Shown here: piece by piece, positions 17,617 to 28,292 of the stretch
Numbering within the stretch: the first letter of the stretch is position 1
Layout: every line of letters begins with the position of its first letter
Source: an uncultured Kiritimatiellota bacterium
GTDB lineage: Bacteria > Verrucomicrobiota > Kiritimatiellia > RFP12 > DVOR01
Assembly: GCA_944391085.1 (NCBI GenBank)
Contig: CALXSE010000003.1
Coordinates: 54,143 to 118,142, forward strand
Length of the DNA: 64,000 nucleotides
Direction of reading: 5' to 3'
Made by a program: the position numbers and the translations under genes
The notes under the pieces: model-generated
Told to the model about the DNA's origin: nothing
What the model saw: only the letters and a program-made list of their open reading frames with translations
The model's database searches: none

Positions 17617-19125
17617 TCATCGCGCAAGCTCCAGGACGAAGAGCCGATGGATGGCCCGTGAAAACGCGGTGTAACGCGCCGCGCGGTCCCACAACGGGTT
17701 GCCGTCGCACACGTCCAGCACGATGAGCACGGGCGCCTCAAGCCCCTTGAACTTGCGGTACGTGTAATACCGCACCCCCGGGTGGGCCGCGAGCACGCCC
17801 TCCAGCCCCATCCTCGGCCTGGCGTGCGCCCCGATGAGCAGGATGTCCTCCGGCGGCACGCCCTCGGCCCCCAGGCGCGCCCGCAGGGCCGCGCGGTTCT
17901 CGGCGCGGTAAATCTCCGTGGCCTCGCCCTCCGGGGCGCGCGGGTTGGGGCGCGCGTCGCCGGGCGCGTAAGGCGCGAGCGCCTCGAAGACGCCGCGGGT
18001 GTTGCGGCAGTTCACGGTCAGGCAGGCGTCCGGCCACGGGAACTCCGGCAGGGCCGAAAGGTCGCGCTGGAAGATGTTCTGCGCCGGGTCGTAAAAGACC
18101 AGAAACCGCGCGCCCTCCGGCACCAGCGCCTGGACGGCGGCCCACAGGGGCGGCGAGAAATCCTGCCCCTCATCCACGATCACCGCGTCGTAGGCCCGCC
18201 GCGCGGCGAGCCCGCGGGCCGCGGGGAGCGCGTCGCGCTGAAGCCGGTGCCAAAACTCGGGGTCGCCGTCGTCGCGCCGCCCCAACAGCTCGCACAGCAG
18301 CTCGTTCACGGCCACGGCCCGCACCCGCGGCAGGTCGGCCACCAGCGCCCGCAGGCGCTCGGCCAACAGCAGGTTGAAGCACAGCAGCAGCACGCGCCGC
18401 CCCCCGCGGGCCCAGATCGCCGCCTGCCGCAGGGCCAGGAGCGTCTTGCCGCTGCCGGCGCAGCCGCGCACCCGCAGGCGCGGGAAGGCGGCGAAGGCGT
18501 CGAGCGCGCGGCCCTGCTCCTCGGTCAGGCGCGCGATGCGGGCGTCCTGCAAGGCCCGGCGCCGCGCCCAGGCGGGGCGGAACTCAAGCGTAGGCGACAA
18601 CACCCCGGCCACGGCCTCGAGGGGCACCGGCGCGGGCGGGCGGCCCACGCCTTCGAGCACGCGCAGGAGGGCGTGCTCGGGGTCGGCCAGGTCGCCGGCG
18701 TAAAGCGTGAGGCCGGCCAGGTCGAGCGGCTCGCCCGCGGGGCGATCCACGCCGGTGAACCAGACGGCGTGGGCCACGGGGAAGGCGGGCGGCGCGCCGA
18801 AGGCCCCGGCGAGGACGCGGATGAGGGCGTGGGCGTTGCGCGTGGCCTGGTGGGCGGGAGACTCGCGCAGGCGGAGGCCGTCCTGGAACCACTGCCCCCT
18901 GCGGCAGGCGAGGCGCCCGCCCTTGACCTCGATGACGAGCAGGCCGAGCGCGGGGTGCGCGGCCACGAAGTCGGCCTCGCCCTCGGCGCCGCCCCGCGCG
19001 GCGGAATAGGCCACGGCGTGCCAGACGTGCCAGGGGGCGGGGAGACGGTCGCGCAGCGCCTCGAAGACGAGGCGTTCGCTGGCGGGCCCGGCGGGCGGCT
19101 GTTCGGGGGTGAGGCGTGCCATCAA
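17617..19125 (-). CDS. NERD (PD-(D/E)xK-like) nuclease domain fused to UvrD/Rep-type SF1 helicase
   Basis: N-terminal ADFVAAHPALGLLVIEVKGG carries the D..ExK nuclease-related motif. Walker A is GCAGSGKTLLAL, the DExx box is VIVDEGQDF, and the C-terminal YTAFSRAIHRLFVL matches UvrD C-terminal helicase motifs. The start overlaps the pyrD stop (ATGA). Confidence 0.7.
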   Translation of the reverse strand: MMARLTPEQPPAGPASERLVFEALRDRLPAPWHVWHAVAYSAARGGAEGEADFVAAHPALGLLVIEVKGGRLACRRGQWFQDGLRLRESPAHQATRNAHALIRVLAGAFGAPPAFPVAHAVWFTGVDRPAGEPLDLAGLTLYAGDLADPEHALLRVLEGVGRPPAPVPLEAVAGVLSPTLEFRPAWARRRALQDARIARLTEEQGRALDAFAAFPRLRVRGCAGSGKTLLALRQAAIWARGGRRVLLLCFNLLLAERLRALVADLPRVRAVAVNELLCELLGRRDDGDPEFWHRLQRDALPAARGLAARRAYDAVIVDEGQDFSPPLWAAVQALVPEGARFLVFYDPAQNIFQRDLSALPEFPWPDACLTVNCRNTRGVFEALAPYAPGDARPNPRAPEGEATEIYRAENRAALRARLGAEGVPPEDILLIGAHARPRMGLEGVLAAHPGVRYYTYRKFKGLEAPVLIVLDVCDGNPLWDRAARYTAFSRAIHRLFVLELAR

Positions 19126-20033
19126 AGGCGAAGCGCGCCGCGGAAGTCGTTGACGTCGGCGACGCCGTGGTCGTCGAGCCAGCGTTCCATGCCCTCAAGG
19201 ACGCGGACGGGCGCGAGGGGATCCAGGAAGGTGGCGGTGCCCACGGCCACGGCGGTGGCGCCCACGAGGATGAAGTCGAGCGCGTCCTTGGCGTCCATGA
19301 TCCCGCCCATGGCCAGGATCGGCACCTCGGCCACCTGCGCGGCCTCCCAGACGTGCTTGAGGGCGATGGGGTGGATGCCGGGGCCGGAGAGGCCGCCGGT
19401 GCGGTTGGCCAGGATGGGCCGGCGCGCCTCCAAATCCACGGCCATGCCCGGGAGGGTGTTGATGAGGCTGACGGCGTCCGCCCCGGCCTCCTGCGCGGCG
19501 CGGACGAAGGGGCGCACGTCGGGCACGTTCGGGGCCAGCTTGGGCATGATGGGGAGCGTGGTGGCGGCGCGGACGGCGCGGACGACCTCGGCGAAGGTCT
19601 CGACCCGCGTGCCGAAGCTGGCGCCGCCTTCCTTGACGTTGGGGCAGGAGACGTTGAGCTCGAGCATGGCCACGCCGGGCTTGCCCTCGAGCGCGGCGGC
19701 CACCTGGGCGTATTCCTCGGCGCTGGTCCCCCAGACGTTGACGATGGCCGGCACGCCGCGCGCGGCCAGGAAGGGGAGGTCGTCCGCGATGAAGGCCTCG
19801 ACGCCGGGCCCTTGCAGGCCGATGGCGTTGAGCAGGCCGCCTGGGACCTCCGCGTGGCGCGGCAGGGGGTTGCCGGGCCAGGGGCGGGCGCGCACGCCCT
19901 TGACGGTCACCGCGCCCAGGCGCGAGACGTCGAAGAAGGCGTCGTATTCCCGACCGTAGCCGAAAGTGCCGCTCGCCGTGGTGACGGGGTTCTTCATCGC
20001 CACCCCGCCGAGGTTGACCGCCATGCGTGCCAT
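19122..20033 (-). CDS. pyrD: Dihydroorotate dehydrogenase (class 1, catalytic subunit)
   Basis: MARMAVNLGGVAMKNPVTTASGTFGYG...SLINT...GGLSGP motifs. SD AAGGGGGGA sits 6 nt upstream of the Met at 20033. The track ORF carries a junk N-terminal extension. Confidence 0.85.
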   Translation of the reverse strand: MARMAVNLGGVAMKNPVTTASGTFGYGREYDAFFDVSRLGAVTVKGVRARPWPGNPLPRHAEVPGGLLNAIGLQGPGVEAFIADDLPFLAARGVPAIVNVWGTSAEEYAQVAAALEGKPGVAMLELNVSCPNVKEGGASFGTRVETFAEVVRAVRAATTLPIMPKLAPNVPDVRPFVRAAQEAGADAVSLINTLPGMAVDLEARRPILANRTGGLSGPGIHPIALKHVWEAAQVAEVPILAMGGIMDAKDALDFILVGATAVAVGTATFLDPLAPVRVLEGMERWLDDHGVADVNDFRGALRL

Positions 20034-20046
20034 CGCCGTCCCCCCT

Positions 20047-20547
20047 TCAGCCGCGGCGCCCGTGGGCGTGGCGGTCGAGCACGCCGTTGACGAAGGCGCC
20101 GGATTCATCGTTGGCGAAGCGCTTGGCCAGCTCGACGGCCTCGTTGATGACCACCGGCGCGGGCGTGCCGAACCAGTCCATCTCGAAGCAGGCCTGGCGC
20201 AACACGCAGCGCTCGATCACGCCCAGGCGGTCAAGCTCCCAGTTCTCGCAGAGGGCCGAGAGGGTGGCGTCGATTTCCCCGAGGTGGCCGAGGGTGCCGC
20301 GCACGAGGTCCTCGGTGAAGGCCTTGAGCTCGGCGGTGGCGAGGCGCTCCTCGGGGGGGAGGAGGGCCTCGATGGCGTCCATGTCATTGTCCTCTTTGCC
20401 CCTGGCCTCCTGGCGGCAGCTCCACTGCTGCTCCCAGAAATGCGCGAGGATGAGGTTCACGTCGGCGAAGGGGTTGAGGTCGGCCTGCACGATCATCTGC
20501 AGGGCCCATTCGCGGCCTTTGCGGCGCGTTCTGGCGGGTGCGTCCAT
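20047..20547 (-). CDS. nusB: Transcription antitermination factor NusB
   Basis: RRKGREWALQMIVQADL... is a typical NusB fold sequence. It lies immediately downstream of ribH, which is the conserved arrangement. Confidence 0.85.
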   Translation of the reverse strand: MDAPARTRRKGREWALQMIVQADLNPFADVNLILAHFWEQQWSCRQEARGKEDNDMDAIEALLPPEERLATAELKAFTEDLVRGTLGHLGEIDATLSALCENWELDRLGVIERCVLRQACFEMDWFGTPAPVVINEAVELAKRFANDESGAFVNGVLDRHAHGRRG

Positions 20548-20559
20548 GGTGTGTTCCCC

Positions 20560-21021
20560 TTAGAGGCGGCGCAGGACGTTGACGGCCTCGATGGCGGCGC
20601 AGACCGTGTCGAAGCCTTTGTTCCCGGCCTTGGAGCCGGAGCGCTCGATGGCCTGATCCAGGTTGTGCGCGCAGACGATGCCGTTGAGCACGGGCACGCC
20701 CGTCTCCAGGCCGATCTGGCAGAGGGCGCGGGCCACGGCGGTGTTGATGAGCATGGCGTGGTCGGTGGCGCCGTCGATGACCGCGCCCAGGGCCACCACC
20801 GCGTCCACCCCGCCCGCGCGGGCCAGCCTGGCCGCCGCCAGGGGGATCTCGTTCGCCCCGGGCACGCGCACCAGGGTCAGGGCCTCGTCGGCCACGCCGT
20901 GGCGGAGGGCCGCGTCGCGCGCGCCCTTGAGCAACTGTTCGGTGAAGATGGCGTTGAAGCGGCTCACCACGAAGGCCAGCCGCAGGCCCTTGCCCGTCAA
21001 CTCTCCGGTGATTTCGGTCAT
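20560..21021 (-). CDS. ribH: 6,7-dimethyl-8-ribityllumazine synthase
   Basis: MTEITGELTGKGLRLAFVVSRFN...ALGAVIDGATDH lumazine synthase motifs. SD AAAGGA lies upstream of the Met at 21021. Confidence 0.85.
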   Translation of the reverse strand: MTEITGELTGKGLRLAFVVSRFNAIFTEQLLKGARDAALRHGVADEALTLVRVPGANEIPLAAARLARAGGVDAVVALGAVIDGATDHAMLINTAVARALCQIGLETGVPVLNGIVCAHNLDQAIERSGSKAGNKGFDTVCAAIEAVNVLRRL

Positions 21022-21081
21022 GCTACGATCCTTTCGCCCACAGTTTACCAAATCCTTCCGCGCCGCGCCCCGTTGCGGGGC

Positions 21082-22305
21082 TCAGAGCAAGTGGCCCATC
21101 TTCTCGCGCTTGGTCTCCAGGTAATGCGCGTTGAAGGGGCCCGCGTGGGCCACGATGGGCACGCGCTCAACGATTTCCAGCCCGTGGCCGGCCAGGCCCA
21201 CCACCTTCTGCGGGTTGTTCGTCATCAGGCGCAGGCGGCGGACGCCGAGCTCGGAGAGGATCTGCGCGCCGATGCCGTAGTCGCGCAGGTCGGGCGCGAA
21301 GCCCAGGCGCACGTTGGCCTCCACCGTGTCGCACCCCTGTTCCTGGAGGCGATAGGCGTGGAGCTTGTTGGCCAGGCCGATGCCGCGCCCCTCCTGGCGC
21401 ATGTAGAGCAGGCACCCGCGCCCCTCCCGGGCGATGGCCGCCAGGGCCTGGTGGAGCTGCCAGCCGCAGTCGCAGCGCGCGCTCCCGAAGACGTCGCCCG
21501 TCAGGCATTCGCTGTGCACGCGCACCAGGGGCGGCGTCTCGCCGGAGGCAAGGTCGCCCATCGTCAGGGCCAGATGCTCCAGGCCGTCGAGCTTCCCGCG
21601 GAACATCGTCAGGCGGAAGTGCCCGTACGCCGTCGGCAGATCCACGCTCTCGACGCGCTCGACGAGCGTCTCGTGCGCCCGGCGGTAGGCGATGAGCCGC
21701 TCCACCGAGCACAGGCGCAGGCCGTGCTTCTTGGCGAAGGGGATCAGGTCGGGCAGGCGCGCCATCGTCCCGTCCTCCCCCACGATCTCGCAGCAGATGC
21801 CCGCGGGCCGGAGCCCGGCCAGCCGCGCCAGATCCACCGTCGCCTCGGTGTGCCCCGCGCGCCGCAGGACGCCGCCGGGCTGGGGCCGCAGGGGAAAGGT
21901 GTGCCCCGGCGAGACGAAGTCCTGGCCCGTCGCCGCGCCGTCCACCAGCAGGCGCACCGCCTTCGCGCGGTCCGCCGCCGAGATCCCCGTCGTCACGCCC
22001 GTGTGCGGCGCGCCGTCCACGCTCAGCGTGAAGGCGGTGGCGAAGCGGTCGCCCCGGTTCACGCTCGGCGCCAGCGCGATGCCCAGGCGGTCGAGGATGG
22101 CGCCGTCGCACGGGGCGCAGAGCAGGCCGCGGGCCTCGCGGATGCAGAAGTTGACGGCCTCGGGGGTGACCTTCTCGGCGGCCATGATGAGGTCTCCCTC
22201 GTTCTCGCGCTGCGCGTCGTCCACGATGACGACGAACTTCCCCGCCCGGATGTCCGCCAGGCAATCCTCCACCGAATCGAACGCCATTTCCAGATCCTTA
22301 GCCAT
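21082..22305 (-). CDS. ribBA: Bifunctional 3,4-dihydroxy-2-butanone-4-phosphate synthase / GTP cyclohydrolase II
   Basis: DHBP synthase N-terminal half (VVIVDDAQRENEGDLIMAAE) and GTP cyclohydrolase II C-terminal half (CDCGWQ...GRGIGLANKL). Start MAKDLEMAFD at 22305 with SD AAGAAAGGG. The track's N-terminal extension is junk. Confidence 0.85.
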   Translation of the reverse strand: MAKDLEMAFDSVEDCLADIRAGKFVVIVDDAQRENEGDLIMAAEKVTPEAVNFCIREARGLLCAPCDGAILDRLGIALAPSVNRGDRFATAFTLSVDGAPHTGVTTGISAADRAKAVRLLVDGAATGQDFVSPGHTFPLRPQPGGVLRRAGHTEATVDLARLAGLRPAGICCEIVGEDGTMARLPDLIPFAKKHGLRLCSVERLIAYRRAHETLVERVESVDLPTAYGHFRLTMFRGKLDGLEHLALTMGDLASGETPPLVRVHSECLTGDVFGSARCDCGWQLHQALAAIAREGRGCLLYMRQEGRGIGLANKLHAYRLQEQGCDTVEANVRLGFAPDLRDYGIGAQILSELGVRRLRLMTNNPQKVVGLAGHGLEIVERVPIVAHAGPFNAHYLETKREKMGHLL

Positions 22306-22533
22306 CTCTAGCCCTTTCTTGACCCAACAGTATACCACATCCCCGCCGCCACAGGCGCCCGGGAGCGGCAAGCATGGGGCTTGGGCCGTTCCGCCGCGGC
22401 CCCGCGAAGGCACGGGGCGTGCGGCCCGCCGGCGCGGGGCCCTTGCGGGGCTGGCCTTCCGCGGGGCGCGGGAGGGCGTTCCCCGCACGGGGCCGCCTTG
22501 CAGGCCTGCGAAGGCTTCCCGCGGGGCGCGGGG

Positions 22534-22566
22534 CAAAAAAAGGGCCCCCGGGTGCGGGGGCCTTTT
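22534..22566 (-). terminator. Intrinsic terminator downstream of fusA
   Basis: Minus strand reads AAAAGGCCCCCGCACCCGGGGGCCCTTTTTTTG: a 9-bp GC stem followed by T7. Confidence 0.8.
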
Positions 22567-22584
22567 CGGGAAGCCGGGCGCGGC

Positions 22585-24690
22585 TCAGTCGTCGGACTCG
22601 GAGTAGCCGTGGACCTTGCCGGCTTTGCGGCGCTTCTCGACGATCTCGTCCTGGAGGGATTTGGGGACGGGCTCGTAGTGGTCGAACACCATGGTGAAGG
22701 AGCCGCGGCCCTGGGTGAGGGTGCGGATGGTGTTGGAGTAGCCGAACATCTCGCCGAGCGGGACGAAGGCGTGGACGAGGCGGGCGCCGCCGCGCTCTTC
22801 CATGCCCTCGACGCGGCCGCGGCGCTGGGAGAGGGAGCCGGTGGCCGCGCCCATGTAGTCCTCGGGGACGACGACCTCGACCTTCATGATGGGCTCGAGG
22901 AGCTGGGGCTGGCTCTTGAGGAAGACTTCCTTGAAGCACTGGCGGGCGGCCGTCTGGAAGGCGAACTCGGAGGAGTCGACGTCGTGGTAGGAGCCGTAGA
23001 AGAGCGTGGCCTTGATCGGGAGCACGGGGTAGCCGGCGAGGGGGCCGGATTCCATGGCGGCGCGGATGCCCTTTTCGACGGCGGGGATGTATTCGCCGGG
23101 GATGACGCCGCCCTTGATGTCGTTGATGAACTCGAACTCCTTGCCGGGCTCCTGCGGGGCGAACTTCATGCAGACGTGGCCGTACTGGCCGCGGCCGCCG
23201 GACTGCTTTTTGTGCTTGTATTCGCCCTCGCCCTCGACGGCGATGGACTCGCGGTAGGCGACCTCGGGGCGGCCGACCTCGCACTCGACGTTGAACTCGC
23301 GCTTCAGGCGGTCGACGATGATCTCGAGGTGGAGCTCGCCCATGCCGGAGATGATGGTCTCGCTGGTCTCCTGGTCGAAGGCGACGGTGAAGGTGGGGTC
23401 TTCCTGGGCGAGGGTGTGCAGGGCGTTGCCGAGCTTCTCGTTGTCGCCGCGGGAGACGGGCTTCACCGCGATGGAGATGACCGGCGCGGGGAAGTCGATG
23501 GATTCCAGGTGGATGGGGTTCTCGGGGTCGCAGAGGGTGTCGCCGGTGCGGGTGTTGGGCAGGCCGATGACCGCGACGATGTCGCCGGCGTAGGCTTCCT
23601 CGAGCTTCTCCTGGTGGTTGGCGTGCATGCGGAAGAGGCGCGAGATGCGCGCCTTCTTGTTGATGGTGCTGTCGAGGATCTCCTCGCCGGCCTTGAGGGT
23701 GCCGGAGTAGACACGGGTGAAGATGATCTTGCCCATGTTCTTGTCGGCCATGATCTTGAAGGCGAGGGCGGAGAGGGGCTCCTTGTCGTCGGCATGGCGG
23801 ACGATCGAGGCGTCGGCCTCGTCGGTCACCGGGGGGATGTCCAGGGGGCTGGGCAGGTAGCTGACGACGGCGTCGAGGAGGATCTGGATGCCCTTGTTCT
23901 TGAAGGCGGTGCCGCAGAAGGCGGGCATGATGGCGCGGCTGATGCAGCCCTTGCGGATGCCGCGGATGATCTCGTCCTTCGTGAGGGTGCCCTCCTCGAA
24001 GTACTTGTTCATCAGCTCCTCGTCCTGCTCGGCGGCGGCCTCGATCATCTCGTGGCGCATCTCCTCGCACTTGTCCTTGAGCTCGGCGGGGATCTCGGAG
24101 TAGATCTGCTTCATGCCCTGGGAGGCCTTGTCGTAGGTCACCAGGCGCTCCTCGAGCAGGTCGACGACGCCCTCGAAGGTGTCGCCGGCGCCGTAGGGGC
24201 AGACCATCGGGACGGGGCGGGCGCCGAGCTGGTTCTTCACCTGCTCCATCACGGAGAAGAAGTTCGCGCCGATGCGGTCCATCTTGTTCACGAAGATGAG
24301 CTTGGGCACCTTGTACTTCTCGGACTGGCGCCAGACCTGCTCGGACTGGGGCTGGACGCCGCCCACCGCGCAGAAGACGGCGACGGCGCCGTCGAGCACG
24401 CGCAGGGAGCGCTCCACCTCGGCCGTGAAGTCCACGTGGCCGGGGGTGTCGATCAGGGAAATCATGTAGTCGCCCCACATCACCGCGGTGGCGGCGGAGG
24501 TGATGGTGATGCCGCGCTCCTGCTCCTGCACCATCCAGTCCATCGTGGCGCCGCCGTCGTGCACCTCGCCGATCTTGTGGTTCTTGCCGGAATAGAAGAG
24601 GATGCGCTCGGACGTCGTCGTCTTGCCGGCGTCGATGTGGGCCATGATGCCGATGTTGCGGACGTGGTCCAGGGGGATTTTGCGTGCCAT
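22585..24690 (-). CDS. fusA: Translation elongation factor G
   Basis: [33 protein letters not shown]..., full-length EF-G of 701 aa. SD AGGAG upstream. Confidence 0.95.
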   Translation of the reverse strand: MARKIPLDHVRNIGIMAHIDAGKTTTSERILFYSGKNHKIGEVHDGGATMDWMVQEQERGITITSAATAVMWGDYMISLIDTPGHVDFTAEVERSLRVLDGAVAVFCAVGGVQPQSEQVWRQSEKYKVPKLIFVNKMDRIGANFFSVMEQVKNQLGARPVPMVCPYGAGDTFEGVVDLLEERLVTYDKASQGMKQIYSEIPAELKDKCEEMRHEMIEAAAEQDEELMNKYFEEGTLTKDEIIRGIRKGCISRAIMPAFCGTAFKNKGIQILLDAVVSYLPSPLDIPPVTDEADASIVRHADDKEPLSALAFKIMADKNMGKIIFTRVYSGTLKAGEEILDSTINKKARISRLFRMHANHQEKLEEAYAGDIVAVIGLPNTRTGDTLCDPENPIHLESIDFPAPVISIAVKPVSRGDNEKLGNALHTLAQEDPTFTVAFDQETSETIISGMGELHLEIIVDRLKREFNVECEVGRPEVAYRESIAVEGEGEYKHKKQSGGRGQYGHVCMKFAPQEPGKEFEFINDIKGGVIPGEYIPAVEKGIRAAMESGPLAGYPVLPIKATLFYGSYHDVDSSEFAFQTAARQCFKEVFLKSQPQLLEPIMKVEVVVPEDYMGAATGSLSQRRGRVEGMEERGGARLVHAFVPLGEMFGYSNTIRTLTQGRGSFTMVFDHYEPVPKSLQDEIVEKRRKAGKVHGYSESDD

Positions 24691-24770
24691 GTCGCGGACT
24701 CCTAATGTGCCTGAAAAAGAAAAGTCCCGCTACTGTATCACAAAATGCCGCACGCGCGCAAGTGGCCCGC

Positions 24771-24804
24771 GCAAACAAAGCGCCGCCGGCGGGGCCGGCG
24801 GCGC
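24771..24804 (-). terminator. Intrinsic terminator downstream of rplT
   Basis: Minus strand: GCGCCGCCGGC-ccc-GCCGGCGGCGC (11-bp stem) followed by TTTGTTTG. Confidence 0.75.
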
Positions 24805-24827
24805 CTGACGTCTGGCCGTTGGGCGCC

Positions 24828-25190
24828 TCAGAGGGCGGCGGCGGCCTTGGCGACGAGGGCCTTGAAGCCTTCGGCGTCGGCGATCGCGATCTCGGAGAGC
24901 ATCTTGCGGTTGACGGCGACGCCGGCCTTGGTGAGGCCCTCGATGAAGCGCGAGTAGTTGGGCACCTTGGCGTCGGCGAGGGCGCGCACGGCGGCGTTGA
25001 TGCGCGCGATCCAGAGCTGGCGGAAGTCGCGCTTGCGGAGCTTGCGGTGCCAGGTGGAGAGGCGCTGGGCGCGGTCGACGGCCTCGGTGGCGAGGCGGAA
25101 CTGCTTGGAGCGGGCGCCGTAGAAGCCGCGGGCGAGTTTGAGGCGGCGGCGGCGGCGTTCGCGGGAGGCGGGTGCGTTGGTGGCTCTCAT
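24828..25190 (-). CDS. rplT: 50S ribosomal protein L20
   Basis: MRATNAPASRERRRRRLKLARGFYGARSKQFRLATEAVDRAQ... is the L20 signature. Confidence 0.9.
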   Translation of the reverse strand: MRATNAPASRERRRRRLKLARGFYGARSKQFRLATEAVDRAQRLSTWHRKLRKRDFRQLWIARINAAVRALADAKVPNYSRFIEGLTKAGVAVNRKMLSEIAIADAEGFKALVAKAAAAL

Positions 25191-25208
25191 GGGGTGTGTC
25201 CTCCTGGG

Positions 25209-25403
25209 TTAGGCCTGAAGCATGCGGGCGACCATTTTCTGGTTGCCCTCGTAGACGGCGGCGGAACCACGGAGGTTGCGCTTGCGGGCACGGGTCTTGT
25301 AGCCGTTGAGGTGGCGTTTCCCGGCCTGGGTGCGCATGGCCTTGCCCGTGGCCGACAGTTTGAACTTCTTGGTCGCTGCCTTTTTGGTCTTCATCTTAGG
25401 CAT
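25209..25403 (-). CDS. rpmI: 50S ribosomal protein L35
   Basis: MPKMKTKKAATKKFKLSATGKAMRTQAGKRHLN. The start at 25403 has SD AAAGGA 8 nt upstream. The track ORF carries a 47-codon junk extension. Confidence 0.85.
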   Translation of the reverse strand: MPKMKTKKAATKKFKLSATGKAMRTQAGKRHLNGYKTRARKRNLRGSAAVYEGNQKMVARMLQA

Positions 25404-25527
25404 GATCGTGTTCCTTTGTGGGTTGCCCGCTTCGGCGGCCATCGGCCGATAAGCCGTCCTCCGCGGAAAAGTCGCAATAAGATAGCACAAGGGCCGCCCT
25501 TTTGCAAGGGGGCGGCGCCGCGCAAGG

Positions 25528-26577
25528 TCATTTGGCGGTGCCAAGGCGTTCCTCGGCGGCCTTGCGCAGGGGGGCCCACCAGGCCTCGTTGGCGAGGTAC
25601 CAGCGGATGGTGCGGCGGAGCCCGGTGTCGAAGGTCTCTTGGGGCTTCCAGCCGAGCTCGCGCATGATTTTGGAGGGGTCGATGGCGTAGCGCGCGTCGT
25701 GGCCGGGGCGGTCTTTGACGAAGGTGATCTGGTCGGCGTAGGGGCGGGCGTCCGGGCGGGGGCGGAGCTCGTCGAGGATGGCGCAGATGGATTGGACGAC
25801 CTGGAGGTTGGTGCGCTCGTTGTGGCCGCCGACGTTGTAGGTCTCCCCGGGGCGGCCCGTGGTGAGGGCGAGCCAGAGGGCGCGGGCGTGGTCTTCGACG
25901 TAGAGCCAATCGCGGACGTTGTCGCCTTTGCCGTAGATGGGCAGGGGGCGGCCGGCGAGGGCGTTGAGCGTCACCAGCGGGATGAGCTTCTCGGGGAAGT
26001 GATAGGGGCCGTAGTTGTTGGAGCAGTTGGTCTTGAGGGTGGGCAGGCCGTAGGTGTGGAACCACGCGTTCACCAAGTGGTCGGCGCTGGCCTTGGAGGC
26101 GGAATAGGGCGAGCGGGGGGCGTAGGGGGTCTCCTCGGTGAAGAAGCCGGTGGGGCCGAGGGAGCCGTAGACCTCGTCGGTGGAGATGTGGAGGAAGCGG
26201 AAGGCGGCGCGGTCGGCCTCGGGGAGGGCCTTCCAGTAGGCATGGGCGGCCTCGAGCAGCGTGTAGGTGCCCACGACGTTGGTCTGGAGGAAGAGCCCCG
26301 GGCCGTCGATGGAGCGGTCGACGTGGCTTTCGGCGGCCAGGTGCATCACGCCCTGGGGGCGGAACTCGGCGAAGGCGCGGGCCATGGCCGGCGCGTCGCA
26401 GATGTCCGCCTTGAGGAAGTGGTAGTTGGGGAGGTGGGCGACGGGCTCGAGGCTGGAGAGGTTGCCCGCGTAGGTGAGCTTGTCGACGTTCAGGACCTCG
26501 ACGCCCTGCCCGGCGAGCATCCGGCAGACCGCGGACCCGATGAAGCCGGCGCCGCCGGTGACGATGACACGATTCAT
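25528..26577 (-). CDS. rfbB: dTDP-glucose 4,6-dehydratase
   Basis: [15 protein letters not shown]...[11 protein letters not shown]...extended SDR with YxxxK. SD AAAGGAG upstream of the Met at 26577. Confidence 0.9.
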   Translation of the reverse strand: MNRVIVTGGAGFIGSAVCRMLAGQGVEVLNVDKLTYAGNLSSLEPVAHLPNYHFLKADICDAPAMARAFAEFRPQGVMHLAAESHVDRSIDGPGLFLQTNVVGTYTLLEAAHAYWKALPEADRAAFRFLHISTDEVYGSLGPTGFFTEETPYAPRSPYSASKASADHLVNAWFHTYGLPTLKTNCSNNYGPYHFPEKLIPLVTLNALAGRPLPIYGKGDNVRDWLYVEDHARALWLALTTGRPGETYNVGGHNERTNLQVVQSICAILDELRPRPDARPYADQITFVKDRPGHDARYAIDPSKIMRELGWKPQETFDTGLRRTIRWYLANEAWWAPLRKAAEERLGTAK

Positions 26578-26616
26578 TTCCGTTCTCCTTTCGATGGACA
26601 GACGCTGACACATTCC

Positions 26617-27732
26617 TCACACGCGGCGCAGGTCATAGGCCTGCGTGCCCAGGCCGATGGCCTCGGCATGCTCCAGGCAGACGCGCCAGTCGGTACTCGG
26701 CGAGACGGTGCCGAAGTGGTCGACGTGCCGCGCCTTGGCCTCGGAAAGGCGGGTGCCGGGGAGCGGCTCGGCGGCGTTCACCGCGTCGGCGCACGCGCGG
26801 TCGATGGCCACGGGGTCGAACGAGGCGAACATCCCCACGTCCGGCACGATGGGCACGTCGTTCTCGGCGTGGCAGTCGCAGAAGGGCGAGACGTCGATGG
26901 CCAGGGAGACGTGGAAGTGGGGCCGCCCGTGGAGCACGGCCAGCGCGTACTCGGCCATCTTGCGGTTGAGGACGTCGTTGGCCGCGCCGTAATCCGGCGT
27001 GATCGCGTCCTTGGGGCAGACGCCGATGCAGCGGCCGCAGCCGACGCACCGGCCGTGGTCGATCGTCGCCTTGCCCGCCGCGAGGCGGGGCGCGTCGTGG
27101 GCGCAGATCCTGGCGCACCGCCCGCAACCGACGCATTTGGCGGGGTCGACGGTCGGCTTGCCCGCCGCGTGCATCTCCATCTTGCCGGCGCGGCTGCCGC
27201 AGCCCATGCCGATGTTCTTGATGGCGCCGCCGAAGCCCGTGCACTCGTGGCCCTTGAAATGGTTGAGGGAGATGACCGCGTCCGCGTCCATCACCGCGCG
27301 GCCGATCTTGGCGGCATTGACGTACCGCCCGCCGGGCACCGGCACCTCCACGTCGTCCGTGCCCTTGAGGCCGTCGGCGATGAGGGTGTGGCAGCCCAGG
27401 CAGAGGGGGTTGTAACCGTTCAGGTACGCCGTGTCCAGGTGGTCGAGGGCGTTCTTGCGCCCGCCCACGTAGAGCGTGTTGCAGTCCGTCACGAAGGGCC
27501 GCCCGCCCTGTTCCTTCACCAGGTCGCACACCGTCCGCGCCCAGTTCATCCGCAGGAAGGCCAGGTTCCCCGGCTCGCCGAAATGCAGCTTCACCGCCAC
27601 GAACTTATCCTTGAGCCCCAGCTCGCCGAAGCCCGCCGCCAGCATCAGCTTGCGCAGCTTCGCCTGCAGCCCGTCGCCCATCGGCGCCGTGCGCAGGTCA
27701 GAGAACCAAACTTCCGCCTTTTTCCCGTCCAT
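26617..27732 (-). CDS. DUF362 domain protein with two 4Fe-4S ferredoxin-type cluster motifs
   Basis: CVGCGRCARICAHDA and CVGCGRCIGVCPKDA are CxxCxxCxxxCP motifs. Start MDGKKAEVWFSDL at 27732 with SD AGGAGG. The track's N-terminal extension is the antisense of tRNA-Ser. Confidence 0.75.
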   Translation of the reverse strand: MDGKKAEVWFSDLRTAPMGDGLQAKLRKLMLAAGFGELGLKDKFVAVKLHFGEPGNLAFLRMNWARTVCDLVKEQGGRPFVTDCNTLYVGGRKNALDHLDTAYLNGYNPLCLGCHTLIADGLKGTDDVEVPVPGGRYVNAAKIGRAVMDADAVISLNHFKGHECTGFGGAIKNIGMGCGSRAGKMEMHAAGKPTVDPAKCVGCGRCARICAHDAPRLAAGKATIDHGRCVGCGRCIGVCPKDAITPDYGAANDVLNRKMAEYALAVLHGRPHFHVSLAIDVSPFCDCHAENDVPIVPDVGMFASFDPVAIDRACADAVNAAEPLPGTRLSEAKARHVDHFGTVSPSTDWRVCLEHAEAIGLGTQAYDLRRV

Positions 27733-27866
27733 CGCGCCCTCCTGATACAAAAAAACCCACGTCAGGCGGGTTTCGCGAAGGCCAAAAAACCCATCCGTCA
27801 CAGGGGGACGGCTTACCGCCGCATAGGGGACGGTTGACGACGCGTGCCCAAAAGACGTGGGAAAAC

Positions 27867-27957
<91 letters not shown>

Positions 27958-28292
27958 GGAAAAACGCCTCATAGTATGCCATAATCCGCCCCCTCCGCGC
28001 AAGCAAAACTTTCACGCCGGCGGCCAAAGGGAAAGGAACCTCGAGCGGACAGAGGATTATTCCACCCGTTGGGCGCCCAAGACCGGCAAGGCTTCCAAAG
28101 GGAGAGGGCCCAGACGGTCGTCGTCACGTCCCCGCGATATCGTACTCATATATGGCGCGGTCGATGAGGCGCCACGCGCCATCCTCGCGGAGCACAAGGC
28201 CAAGGGGCACGCCGTGCGCTGGCAAATCGCATAACCCGCTTCCCAATTGTTATACCCTATCCGCGGGAATGTCCAGCAAAAACGGACTTGTC

